A DNA stretch of 54,469 bases, the filler included, from Trypethelium eluteriae (Eukaryota), in assembly GCA_051942245.1 (NCBI GenBank). It is 2 parts of 2 records of this genome, joined end to end, with 100 filler letters (N's around TTAATTAATTAA, not from the genome) between each part and the next. Parts side by side here need not be neighbours in the genome. Positions count along the whole stretch, not along the records: positions 1 to 27,257 come from JAVECL010000338.1; 1 more part is not named here. One strand, written 5' to 3'. The position numbers and the translations under genes were made by a program. The notes under the pieces were generated by a model. It saw only the letters and a list, made by a program, of their open reading frames with translations, was not told the origin of the DNA and did no database searches. Position 1 is the first letter of the stretch. Each line of letters opens with the position of its first letter. Positions 1 through 11,870 of the stretch are shown here, piece by piece.

Positions 1-154
1 AGCCGCAGGCGGCGGTGTTGGTGTTGCAGGTGCCGTCGCCGCGGGAGTCGCCGGAGCCATAGAAGGTGAAGGTGGAGTTGTAGGTTGTGCCTGCGTTGAC
101 GAGGCGGTGGGTGGCGGAGAAGAGGAGAAGGAGGGTGAGAAAGGAAGGCGTCAT
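1..154 (-). CDS. Secreted GH45/expansin-like (double-psi beta-barrel) endoglucanase-like protein; only the N-terminus is in the window
   Basis: Hand translation from ATG 154: MTPSFLTLLLLFSATHRLVNAGTTYNSTFTFYGSGDSRGDGTCNTNTAACG. Signal peptide followed by an FTxYG..C....ACG motif typical of fungal EGV/expansin-like proteins. Not in the ORF track. Confidence 0.7.
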   Translation of the reverse strand, partial: MTPSFLTLLLLFSATHRLVNAGTTYNSTFTFYGSGDSRGDGTCNTNTAACG

Positions 155-894
155 GATGCGAAGGAATTGGTAGGATGTGTGGTAAGAAAGGTGAACGGCA
201 ATCCTGAAAATGAAGACATGTACAAGAAGAACAGAAAGTGAATATCCCAAATGGAGTAAGAGAGAAACTTCACGACACCTGCCGCGACGATGGTGGCGGC
301 GGCCTAGCAGGATGGATCAAGGCATGGTGTTTCGCAGCTGAATCGACGTCATGCCGCCCTTCACGCGACGCCCTCGGTTCGCGCATCTCTGCCACACTTT
401 GCTTTTGCCGGAATAATAAAACATCGTGATATAGCTCAAACATGAAACGCAGTCGGTCTGTAAGATTGTGGGGCTGTTCGCGACGGCATCTAAGCGATGG
501 CAGAAAGGGTTCGATCTGCGGCATGAGCTCCTGAATCCACAAAGAGTACCGAAAATCTTGTAGAGTTGTTGAAGCGAGGCCCGACTATCCGAGAGTGTCA
601 TAAGTTCTAGCATTGCGTCAATTTCTTGACATCGAAGTCGAAAATGCCAATTCGGATCGGAGCTAAAAAGTCATCGTCTACCTTTCAAGGGGGCCAGTGT
701 AAGGAGAGACTTTCCTTTCAAGAAGTTTAAATAATTATCTACCAGCGTCTAAACAGCTATCCAAATGTCGTACAAAGAATGAGGAGCCTCTAGGTACTCC
801 TAAGGGATATCAAGCCAGGTCTTCTTCCTCCAGCCAAAAGACATTCAAACACTACTCCATCACCTCTGAGCGCATCATCCACCCCAAAAGCTCC

Positions 895-3708
895 CTACGT
901 AACAACCGGACTAGTCTGATTCTGCAAACACCCCCTCCCATCCGTCCAGCACACCAGACCCAACTCTCCCGAACTCTCCCCAATCCACGCCGCATACGCC
1001 CCGTTCACCTCCGGCACGATCCAATTCTGGCTCACCACATCCCACACGCTGACATCCTTCCTCGTCAGACTCAACCGCACCGTCTGACTCGCCCCGGGGC
1101 TCAACGTATCCGTCTTCTCGAAATCCCGCAGCTGAATGATCGGCGTGTCGTACGCCGTCGAAGTCGGGTACTGCAAGTACAGCTGCGCGACCGCCTTCCC
1201 AGCCGTCTTCCCGGTGTTCGTGATGGTGGCGGATACGGTGTACATGACGTCCCAGAGGGCGTCGTTGCCGCCGAGACCGCCGCCCGCGGGAGGATCCGGC
1301 TGGGGCGTGGTGCTGTAGCCTTCGGGGTATGGGTATGTGCCGGTGGCGGAGATGGAGTACGGGTCGTCGAGGTAGGGGTACAGGTAGCGCCAGATGCGGG
1401 TGAGGTTCGCGGGGTAGGCGACTTCGCTTGCGGGGGGAATTGCGGTTGAGTAGGATGGTGTGGTGCCTTTCGAGGCGCGGGCAGGAGGTGTGAATGTCAA
1501 GGGGGTGACGGAGGTAATGGAGGCGTTGGAGAAGGCGAAGGTGGTGTAGCTAAGACCGAAGCCGAAGGGATAGCGGGGCGCTGTGCCGTTTTTGTTGAGG
1601 TAGCGATAGTCGATGTAAAGGCCCTCGCTGAATGTGTCCTGGACTTGTCCGATAAGTGTGGTTTTGAGGCCGACGCTGGTAGGATAGTCGGACTCGGCCT
1701 TGGGAATGCTGTACGGTAAGTGGCCGCTTGGAGAGTAGTCGCCAAAAAGGATGTCTGTTAAAGATGATCCTGCTTCTTGACCTGGGAGGTGTGCGAGAAG
1801 CACGGCTTTGACAGATGGGAGATCTATCCAGTTTTCTGGGAGGATTGGTCCGACTGTATGTGCAACTACGATGACCGTAGAGAAAGCCGCTGCAGCATCT
1901 TTGACAAGAGTGTCACCATTGTGCCAAGCATACAGGTTGGAAGCTGTGCGATCTCCGGGGTTGTTCTCCACAGTATTTGATCCCTCTCCAGAATCAGCAT
2001 TTATGAAAACGATTGCTACGTCATCGCCCGCGGCTGTTATGCCTGATGGGAATGTGTCACTATTATATGATACTGCGCCGCCGACGATGGACTTAATAGC
2101 TGTGATGGGATCATCCATGTACCTGTATGCAGATCAGCGTCAAGTCATACGAATTCAAGAGTGAACATGCTCACGGATAATTCGCTGTGCCCGAACCCCA
2201 GCCCATGCCAAGAGTACCTTCATCGCATGCTCTGCTTGAGCAGGAATTAATACCATTCGGATTCTTTGCTTGATCCGTACCAAACACACTAAGAGAAACA
2301 TTTTTGCTGAGAGGCAGTGTATTGTTCGTATTCTTTAACAGCGTGATACTGTCTCGAGCAATTTCTCTAGAGATATTGGCATGATCTGCTTGCACATTTA
2401 CATGCTGATTGACTACACCGATTGGAGATAAGAGCGCTCCTGGATACAGTGGACCTGTGGTGTCATTCGTCCAGGACGAGAAGTTGGGCAAGGGGAATCC
2501 GGAGTCCTGTCCGAGTTGATACCACGCGGCAACGATTCGCGTAACCATGTCGTTGAGGCGTGTCAATGGGACACTTCCGTTGAGAATGGAGGTCGATAAT
2601 TCGGACGCCCAGTAACTAAGCCCCAGCAGCGGTATTGGTTCAGTGTCCCCCGGCATGGCCATATCGAGGCCTGCAAGTGCTGTAGCAACACCACTGTCTT
2701 GGGAAAGCCAATCGCACATGACGAACCCCTGAAAGCCTAGTTCATCTTTGAGAATGCCGTTGATGAGATAGCTATTTGCATGAGCGGCAGAGCCATTGAC
2801 CTAACGTCAGCAAATCAGTATTGTCATTCATTATGAAAGCAAGTGAAACTGGTACCATGTTGTAAGAGGTCATTACCGCGCCCGCTCCAGCCCTGATGGC
2901 CTCGGCAAACGGCCATAGATAAAGTTCATGCAGCGTGCGATCGTCAATGTTGGCTGACAGAGGGGTTTCGAAGGGACCTCCACGAGACTGTTCTTGCTCA
3001 TTTCCGATCAAATGCTTGGCCGTGGCAATGACACCCTGGGCTTGCAATCCTTGGATATGTTGAGACGCGGCCATAGCCTGCAGAACTGGATCTGCTCCGA
3101 AGGATTCCCAAATCCTGCCTGCCCTTGGCTTTCGTCCTATCGGTCCAATAGTAGGACCAAGGTTAATGTTCACTCCTTTACCTCTATCTTCGGCTCCAAT
3201 AGCAGCTCCGCGTTGATACATGAGACTTTTATCCCAAGTAGCGCCGGTAGTGATGCCGGCAGGAAAAGCAGTATTGCCATCAGTGAGATCAACACCGAGA
3301 GCGGAATCTTGAAGACAGAGATTCGGTATCCCAAATCTTAGAGCACTACCGGTGTTGCCTACGCATGGGCCCTAGGAACAATTAGTCTCCAGAAAGATCT
3401 CCTACTATACATGTGCATGTTATCCGTACCATAAAATAGCCCGTGCCTGTCGTCAGATTTACTTTTTCAGCCAGTGTCATATTGCGCACAACAGCACTGG
3501 CTTTTGCGTAGCTAGTCTGCCAGTCCGGTATCCACCCACCATTGGGGGTGGGATAGTAGGGTTTGGCGACGTACTCTGCAGGAACAGCATCCCGAGCATT
3601 GACGACGGCGCGTTTTGGAAAGGTATCCTGATCTCCATTGCATATGACGGTGTGGAGAAAGAGGTAGCCAACGAGATGGATAAGGAAAATCCTCGACGAA
3701 AACGACAT
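895..3708 (-). CDS. Secreted GH3 beta-glucosidase (4 exons)
   Basis: Signal peptide MSFSSRIFL, then [52 protein letters not shown], nucleophile GFVMCDW, ADSGEG acid/base region, [17 protein letters not shown] and an FnIII-like C-terminus. Intron 1 is 3429-3372; further introns lie near 2856-2802 and 2173-2123. Confidence 0.95.
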
Positions 3709-6354
3709 GCTGAAGAAGTCGAAAGAGCGCAAAGACTCTTGGTTCGTCTGTCGACTCAATCGCCCTCTGCAGCCTCCGACATTTATCAGGCGCGTGGCCA
3801 AGGAGACTTAGCGGATAAAGCAGTTCAAGTATTACAGGCGTATAACGCAAGCCGCGGCGCCGCCATTATTACAAGGCAAACGTGCCGAATGAGCTCTGGT
3901 AAGGTGCCCAAAATAGGGGATGACGTGCATCGCGGGCCTACCTCGTGGGAGACGACAACCTCCAGTAGGCCTGATTAGGCCCTCCCTAGAGCTTTTTGGA
4001 GGCTGGGATGCGCGTGCTCCATCTCCTTTTCTGGATGTCGCCCAGGAACGTCGCGCAAGAAGTCCCTGGATTCGGTTTTTGCTGGTCATCTGCCGGCATA
4101 TTGCAATGGTCGACTAGATAGACTTTGGGAAGACCGCCGGTCAAGGAGTCGAATAAAGAACATGGGCGGATATAGCCGGGACGGTAGCGAAGCATTTGGT
4201 GTGCCTCGATAAGGTAGCGAGGCAATGGCCAGTTGTCTCTGCCCATGACTTTTGGTCTGTGGAACGAGGCGGCCAACTTGAAGGGATACTGGTGGATGGA
4301 AGTTTTCCGCATCCGGGGGATAAGCCGGTCTAAAATTTGGGTTCGTGTCGGCCGAGGCCGCAATGGTGCGTGACTAGTCGTGCCATTGCGTGGAACAAGG
4401 CCTCCAAATCCTACCCTCCTTTCCTCTCTCCTACCGTTGTCAACTTTTCGTGTCTCTGCTGCTCAATACTCAACTCACAGGATACCAGTAGCTCAAGCAT
4501 TGCTCAGACTCTTATCAGATCTGCTCACGCTGCATTCTCTTTCGCTTGCTTCTTTCCTAAAATACTGGCAGTATTAGATCAACCAGCTAATCTCAATTTA
4601 CATCTCAGCGTTCCTAATATTCGCCAGAGACTCATCCTAGTCCTTCTGCCACCCACTCAGGCTATTCATCTTGAATGGTCATCTTCTCCTGTGGAAAGTT
4701 AGCTTTTCCCATTGCCATCCACTCGTCAACGATACCTTCGTCGTCCTTCACTTCGTACCATCCGCCAAAATTCTGGCCGGGCAACCCCGAATCCCTTCTC
4801 CAGCTACGCAAATTCAGCCCAACGCAAGCCCGGATGTGATGAAGCATCGAAACATGGGGAAAAAGATCTTCAAGCTTCCCTTACACGCTTGTTGGGCATG
4901 ACTATTCTCAGAATCGGCTCCCTAATGCTACGTTGTGGATAATGGCGGTCGCCGACGCCAGTTTGGGCGGATGGCATCCAGGAACCACCCATATGCCTTC
5001 AACGGCGTCAAGTTCGCACGTGATCGTGGTCTCGGAGCTGATAACGGTGGAACGCAATGCCAGTAAGCATGTTCTAGAGCAGGCCTAAAAAGGAGGAGTG
5101 ATAACGCGCTGCAATCGTCACGGCGTGAGATTGATTGAAGCCTCTCGGCACGGTGGACCGTTCTTTCAAATGGAAGCGTTCGAACAGCTCTTGGACCGCT
5201 TTGATGACGAAGTGTGCAAGCGTATCGTCATGGGAAGATGATGCGCGAATGCCACAGAGCAAGAGCTAATTGTCTGAAGGATCACTCGATCCTGTCACCC
5301 CACTCAGATCCTTCCTATGACACTGACCTCACCGCTCTGGACAAGGTCGTACATGTCGATACCGTAGTCGAGGGACTAGCTTATCAGTTTCCCACATCCG
5401 GGTCCAGCCAATAATAAGCGTCTTCGTGCTCCCAATTGTTGAGTTTTGGATTGAGCAGGCGACTCAGAAGAAATTTTTGGCAAGGCGTCATCGTTCGATT
5501 GGATGCCCCAGTGCAGTCTTTGATCATAGCATCATGCCTCAATTGGTGAAAGAAATTTGTTCGGCAAGATATCGAAACACACAACGGTCCTCGATAGAAT
5601 TTTCTTTACCAAAAGCCAAATGCATGGGTCAACCGGAATGCTGTGGAGTACGTGACCTATGACCCGACATTTCACATAGATCTGATTAGGGAATCATGTA
5701 ACCCCAGTGAGTCCAGGATATGCCAGTGTTGTGACAGATCAAATAAACAAGACAATATGGAAGCCGCAGGATGGCTTGCAATATTAGAGACGTGAGATCA
5801 GCAATTTTACGATGGCGTCGCAGCGATGATCTAATTAAGCATAAAAGAAGGCTAAGATATTATGCAAGACGCTAAGGCAGATTCTCTTTTCTAATTAGCC
5901 GCTCAATGGGCTTCAGGATGCAGCTTAATTATCGATCATGACAAAGCAGGACAAGACTATGCACGACGGGACCTTTGGTCTAGGGGTGTAAGTAACTAAG
6001 TTTATCCTTACCTTACTTAGATCTGCAGATACGCACGGCGGAACTAAGTACATTTTTCATCCCGTCTAAGTCCAATGTCAATTTCTTGGTCGATTCCATA
6101 GCTCTGTTACTAAGACTTACTGAACATGGTCTAAGTCTCTGGCACAAGGTTCTTGTCCTATTAGAGTTGTCATGGGGTCTGATAGGATATAGTAGGTCAT
6201 TTCCAGTCACCATTTCCTTACAGCGGTCTATTTCCCGGCATTGAAGCAACACTAATAGCTGATAGCAAACGCGCAACAAAATCTGCGATTTCTCGAGGAG
6301 TTCAGTCAGTTCAGCAAATCGCCGACGCTTGCTATTACTCACTGCCCTCGCACG

Positions 6355-7113
6355 ATGAACGAGCAAGTCGCAAAAATTGTTGACAGTCTAACGTCAGACT
6401 GGAAGACTGCGTCGCTTGCAGCTCTGGGTACAACATTTGGTTTGAGTGCAGTCTGGCTCATCAGTGACTACAACGCCTGGATTGCCTTCGGGACTGGAGG
6501 TACTCCGCCTAACGTCAACGGGTATCTGAAAATCACCAGATTCCGCATTTTGCGTGCCTTTTCTGGTGATGACTTGAGAGACTCATCCCGCTTGCCCTCC
6601 AACTCCAAAAGTCGGTCATACATTGATGGAGATCTGCCTCGCCGGCCAGGTCGTCCACCGAAAATCATTTCTCGCACCTTACCCCAACGTCAATATCCGG
6701 AACCCCTCGATCCAGCAATCTACGAGCGTCTCCATGCATTGCCAAAGAAATATTACTTGGCTCACCAGGATTTGCTGGTCCTAGATAAGTCTATTACTGA
6801 GGGCCGCAGCACGGATGCTATCTACGCCAAACCTGACCTACCTGGTCGCAAGACAGCGGTGAAAGACAAGGTCCTTGGTGATGAGATCGCTCACGTCCAT
6901 CCAGCAGAGAACTCTCTGCATGTCTGGTTGACCGTACCTGATACAAAGAAAGTTGTCGACGCGGGCTGGGGTGAACGATTTCCGCTGAGCTCTCTTGGCA
7001 TGGTAGACCACGGCTGGACTTTCGTTTACGCTCCAAGGACGATGGGGGAGGTCGACGTTGTGGAGCGCATCATTAAGGCTGGGATTGGGAATCTCACGGG
7101 CCAAAAGCTCTGA
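6355..7113 (+). CDS. Luciferase-family (fungal Luz-like) domain protein with N-terminal membrane anchor
   Basis: Intronless 252-aa ORF with DYNAWIAFGTGGTP, LPRRPGRPP, LPQRQ, EIAHVH..ENSLHV, GWGERFPL and FVYAPRT..EVDVV..II.A motifs, which characterise this family. Confidence 0.75.
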   Translation: MNEQVAKIVDSLTSDWKTASLAALGTTFGLSAVWLISDYNAWIAFGTGGTPPNVNGYLKITRFRILRAFSGDDLRDSSRLPSNSKSRSYIDGDLPRRPGRPPKIISRTLPQRQYPEPLDPAIYERLHALPKKYYLAHQDLLVLDKSITEGRSTDAIYAKPDLPGRKTAVKDKVLGDEIAHVHPAENSLHVWLTVPDTKKVVDAGWGERFPLSSLGMVDHGWTFVYAPRTMGEVDVVERIIKAGIGNLTGQKL

Positions 7114-7511
7114 AAATATGACAAAAAATGCCTTCTGGGTCTTGAAATGCTGGTGTTCGAGCTTGCCAAAGTTGAGGGTTCTGGTGGCGACTATCATTGC
7201 TTAGCCATTCGCGTGGGCTCTTGATGACTTGGGATGATAAGTGGACACAGAAATAAGTAGATATCTCGAGTTCCCTTCCTATCAAGCATTTGGCAAGGTC
7301 GCCTCACTGAAAATATCACAATTACAATTTTTTACGTCAAAGGCAGAAAGCAACGATGAATCCCGGTGCGTCTAGCCTATTCGAACAGAAAGACAAAAAG
7401 CAAACCCAAACAATCTGAAGTGTATTGAGCTTCAAAAGAGATGGCATTTCCTCAAGTTATGATTGACTCATCGACACATTCGTCGTTGGTAACATGTCTC
7501 GTCTGAGATAT

Positions 7512-8385
7512 CTAAACATTGTTTCTATACAATGGTGAAGCCTCCACTTCTCGGCTCCAAAGTCTCCATGATTTGTCTTGAGTAGCCTCGGTCATTTTTT
7601 GGCAATCTCTAGCATGTCGCTCAGAAAGACCGTGCACGCTTGCAGTGTCAACCAAACCTCCTTCTTTCGCAGCTGCTTGAAGCAAAGTAGCGTTCGTTTG
7701 TATCCCCGCATTGATGAGGGTATATATGGTCCGATAAACTGCAGTAGGGATGTCCTTCCCATGTGTCGTATACCCATGGCGTTTCATCAAGACGACATTT
7801 TTCTCGGGTACCGCTGAGCTCGCCGAGGACGAAAAGGTCGCTGCGAGAGAGGCACCAAGTCTCTCATTGTTGACGAGCATGTCTTGCTGATAATGATCGT
7901 CGTACAGAGGCACGATGTCCCAGACAGGAACTTCTTTACCCATGAAACCACCCATGTGATACATTGGCAGCATTGGTACGGTGCTTGTGGCATACGGCAG
8001 TACCGCTTCTGCGTGAGAGTGAACAACGCATTGTACATCAGGGTAGCGCTTAAAGATTTCGCCATGAATGAAGCGTTCAGAGTACCCTCTCTTCGCGTCT
8101 GGCTTCACCGGGTCGCTTTTATCGACGTAGTACTCGATTAGGTCGTCGACGTTCTCAACAAGCGCCGGTGGCATATATCCACACATTATGTAGCTATCTG
8201 GGTTTTCAGGATGTCGGACGGAGATATGGCCAAAGCCGTCGACTGCACCATGGAAGTGGAGGATGTGATTTGCTGTTACAAGCATCCGTAACGTCTGATG
8301 TTGTCGTCAGCTTTGTTTTGCCATGCTTCATCTTTTGTTCGCCACCAGTAGTAGTCCGTACCTCCTGTAGCTTGTTTGAAGACAT
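7512..8385 (-). CDS. Class II aldolase/adducin-family metalloenzyme (decarboxylase/aldolase-like)
   Basis: TANHILH, DGFGHISVR, SERFIHGEI, VVHSH and LMKRHG (metal-binding His). A short exon 1 (MSSNKLQE, 8385-8362) splices via GTACGG..GCTGAC..CAG onto TLRMLVTANH. Confidence 0.9.
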
Positions 8386-9476
8386 TTTGGTGGTCTTGAA
8401 GAAATGCGAGCGCAAGAAAATCACAAACTTCTAGGCCCACTCAAAAAAGGCGGCACTACGATAGCAAATACCAGAGTTTCCTCAGCGAAGCTGTGCTTAG
8501 ACAGTGATACCTTACAGTTTAAGCCGTGCGTTTTAGTCTGAGTATGATCGCATCGACCTTGGAGTCGAAGGATCGAGCATGCATCTTATGCAGGACCCTC
8601 AATGCTACAGGGGACTTGCAGTAGTTGGTGCAGAATATAGAGACTGAGAACTCGTAAAATAGTCTTGGTCAGATATGACTAATGTAACTATTTCGCTCGA
8701 TCCGATACAGTAATGTATTAGGCCAACCCGACCCTCTTTGGTGACTGATTATGCAAAGTAGTCTAGAGAATTACAGAGGCAGGTGGAGTATACCGTAACC
8801 TTTCGGATCGTTCAAATACTAGCATAATTAGACACCTCGCTTGGCTGCCCAATTATGGCGTGGACCGGGATGTAATGATCACCAATGCTCCGTGCTCCGC
8901 AATTTGAAGAAGCTCCGAAATGAAAAGCTAGCTCAGAATTGGACAGTTAAGCGAAACGTGCTTACAAGCTTACTTTCGGCTTTCCTGAGCGAATTTCCTA
9001 CGCAGTCATTACTACCGTCCCGCCTGGTTTGAAGTACCACTGAGCGTCCTGCAACTGACAAACACTTATTCATCACTTTGTAAGCGGATAAAAGGGCAAT
9101 GAATACCAGCAAACGACTTGGAAAGACACTTGCGGCCGCTGTTCATGCGCAATCGTGCCTCGACTACTCGCAACGCTTGAGCGGTGAAAGCAATTGCGGG
9201 GGGAAGTGGCATTGATTCGGCAATGGCTGTGAAGAGTGAAAATTCCAGCATCTTGGTCTGGAAGGAATAGACTATGGAGGTAGGCAGGGCAATATCAGCC
9301 TCCAGCTACTATGGTAGAAGCATTCTGAACCCCAGCGAGACTCTACGAGTAAGAAATCGCGCTTCTTGTCCAAGCAACACCGTTTTTCTTTGGTCGCCTC
9401 AGAGACAGTATCCTCATTTTGAAAGCTCACTCTCGTTGATCGATACCACTCTTGATAGCTAAGGATAACGGCTATC

Positions 9477-11365
9477 ATGTATACAGCTTCGTTCGCCTTC
9501 TTTGAAGCGCTCTCAGAGGTATGTTCTCCCACACAGCAACTGATCTCCTATATCGAGTGATCTGACAAGACCAAGGCTGGGGTGACCCATTGCTTTGTCA
9601 ATCTGGGCTCCGATCACCCCAGCATCATGGAGGCAATTGTAAAGGGCCAAAACGAGAAGGCCAAAAATTTTCCACGTATAATTACATGCCCGAATGAAAT
9701 GGTTGCCCTGTCAATCGCCGACGGATATGCTAGGGTGACGAACAAGCCACAAGCTGTAATCATTCATGTCGACGTCGGCACTCAGGGACTAGGAGCTGCG
9801 GTACACAACGCATCCTGCGGCCGGGCACCCGTATTGATCTTTGCTGGGTTATCACCATGTACGATTGAGGGAGAATACCGCGGTTCAAGAACAGAGTACA
9901 TCCACTGGCTTCAGGATATCCCAGATCAGAAACAGATTGTTGCACAATATTGTCGATACACAGGTGAGATCAAGAGAGGCCGCAATGTTAAACAGCTTGT
10001 GAACCGGGCTTTAAACCTGGCAACAAGCGATCCAAAGGACCCAGTTTACCTTGTCGGTTCCAGAGAAGCTATGGAAGAAGAGATCGAACCCTACACCGTC
10101 GATCAATCACTCTGGACTCCAGCCGAATTGGGAGCACTAAAGCATTCGCAGCTGCAACAGGTTTCGGAACTCTTGGTAGATGCTCAAGAGCCTCTCGTGA
10201 TCGCGGGATACGTTGGTCGCAACCAATCTGCTGTTGATTCCTTAGTAGAGCTAGCAAATACCATCAAGGGTCTTCGCGTGTTGGACACCACCGGCAGTGA
10301 TATGTGCTTTCCAGCGGACCACCCGGCTTGGCTGGGGCTAAAATATGGAGAGGATGAATCAATCAGGACCGCCGATGCAATACTTGTCCTAGATTGCGAT
10401 GTCCCTTGGATTAATACCCAGTGCCATCCACGGAAGGGTGCCAAGATCATTCATATCGACGTTGACCCGCTGAAACATCAGATGCCTGTCTTCTACATTG
10501 ACGCCATAGCACGATTTCGTGCGGACCCCGAGAGTGCAATTAGTCAGATAACTAGCTACGTTAGAACACATCTGCAGGATAGAATCAGCACTCAAACCTT
10601 CGACCGTCGTTGGCTCAACTTACAACAAAAACACCAACAGCGGATTGAAGGTATTGCGTCAAAGGCGATACCTGGTGAAAATGGAACTTTCGATTGCCCA
10701 TTTCTGATTAGCCAGGTCCGAAAAGCTTGTCCACCGGATACGATCTGGGCTGTCGAAGCCGTCACCAACAGTGTGATCGCCTCCGACCAGATACAAGCGA
10801 CCATACCGGGATCATGGATCAACTGCGGAGGCGGCGGCCTGGGCTGGTCTGGCGGTGGTGCTCTAGGGATCAAGCTCGCAACGGACGCTCAGGCAGGAGG
10901 AACAAACAAAGGCAAGTTTGTGTGCCAAATTGTTGGTGACGGCAGTTATCTTTTCTCTGTACCCGGCAGTGTTTACTGGATCGCACAGAGGTACAATATT
11001 CCTGTCCTTACGATAGTGCTGAATAACAAAGGTGAGGCATATTAAAATCCAGGACAGACTGCAGGCTGATTAGTTGAACAGGCTGGAATGCACCACGCAA
11101 ATCGTTGCTTTTTGTTCATCCAAGCGGCGATGGCTCTAAAGTCAGCAACGAAGATTTGCACATCTCTTTCGCACCGACACCCGACTACGCTGGCATCGCC
11201 AAAGCCGCAGCCGGCGGAAAAGCCTGGGCCCACCACGCGGATACGGTAGCGGATTTGCAACGCCTTCTCCCCGAAGCTGTGAAAGCAGTGAAAAGTGGCA
11301 TCTGCGCTGTGCTCGACGCACATCTTGGTGGCCCACAAGGCAAGTTCGAGGGGGATTCAGCATGA
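9477..11365 (+). CDS. Thiamine-diphosphate-dependent enzyme (acetolactate synthase/decarboxylase-like), 3 exons
   Basis: Exon 1 MYTASFAFFEALSE, then FVNLGSDHP, catalytic Glu in PNEMVA, HVDVGT and the ThDP motif GDGSYLF...VLNNKG. Introns at about 9519-9575 and 11032-11081. Confidence 0.92.
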
Positions 11366-11870
11366 ACATAGCGCTGCCGTCAGCATTCGGCGGTCATGAA
11401 AAGAATTGTCCCCAGTATCGCGAATCGGCGCAAACTTCGGTGTACAGGCCCTCGACTGAATTGCACAAACGCCAAGCGGAAAGCTCTCCAGCGGAATTGG
11501 AAGATAGAAGGTGATACTTCAGAGACTATTGCCTCTAAGTTGCAAAAGTGAAAGCAGACCGTTCCCGCAGATACGTAGATGCAAGTTACGAAACATGTAT
11601 ATCTCGTCAACATTTGCCATTTCCAAGCCTCAACAGCTGTAATAAATGGGACTTCTGGTCTAAATACAAATGCAGGACTAAAGAATTTCACTACTACTTT
11701 CGCGTTACCGCTGTCCGATTGGATTGCTTTCTTCCAACAGGTCGGCCTACGACTCTTTTGAACATAGACTCAGCGTTTCTCACCATTGCACTAAGCAATG
11801 CCGCCTAGGAATAGTAGTCTTATATTACCATTCTCACGATTACGTCGCGTAAAAATCCGTCTTACTGAAC

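Noticed and set aside
270..613. Overlapping short minus-strand ORFs and a GGTTCGA near 508
   Set aside because: No recognisable domain or splice structure, and no cloverleaf around the T-loop-like motif, so neither a gene nor a tRNA is supported.
8400..9576. Possible TPP riboswitch near the ThDP-enzyme gene
   Set aside because: An isolated CTGAGA is present, but the downstream conserved TGAT..GG.TAAT.CC.GCG core was not found.
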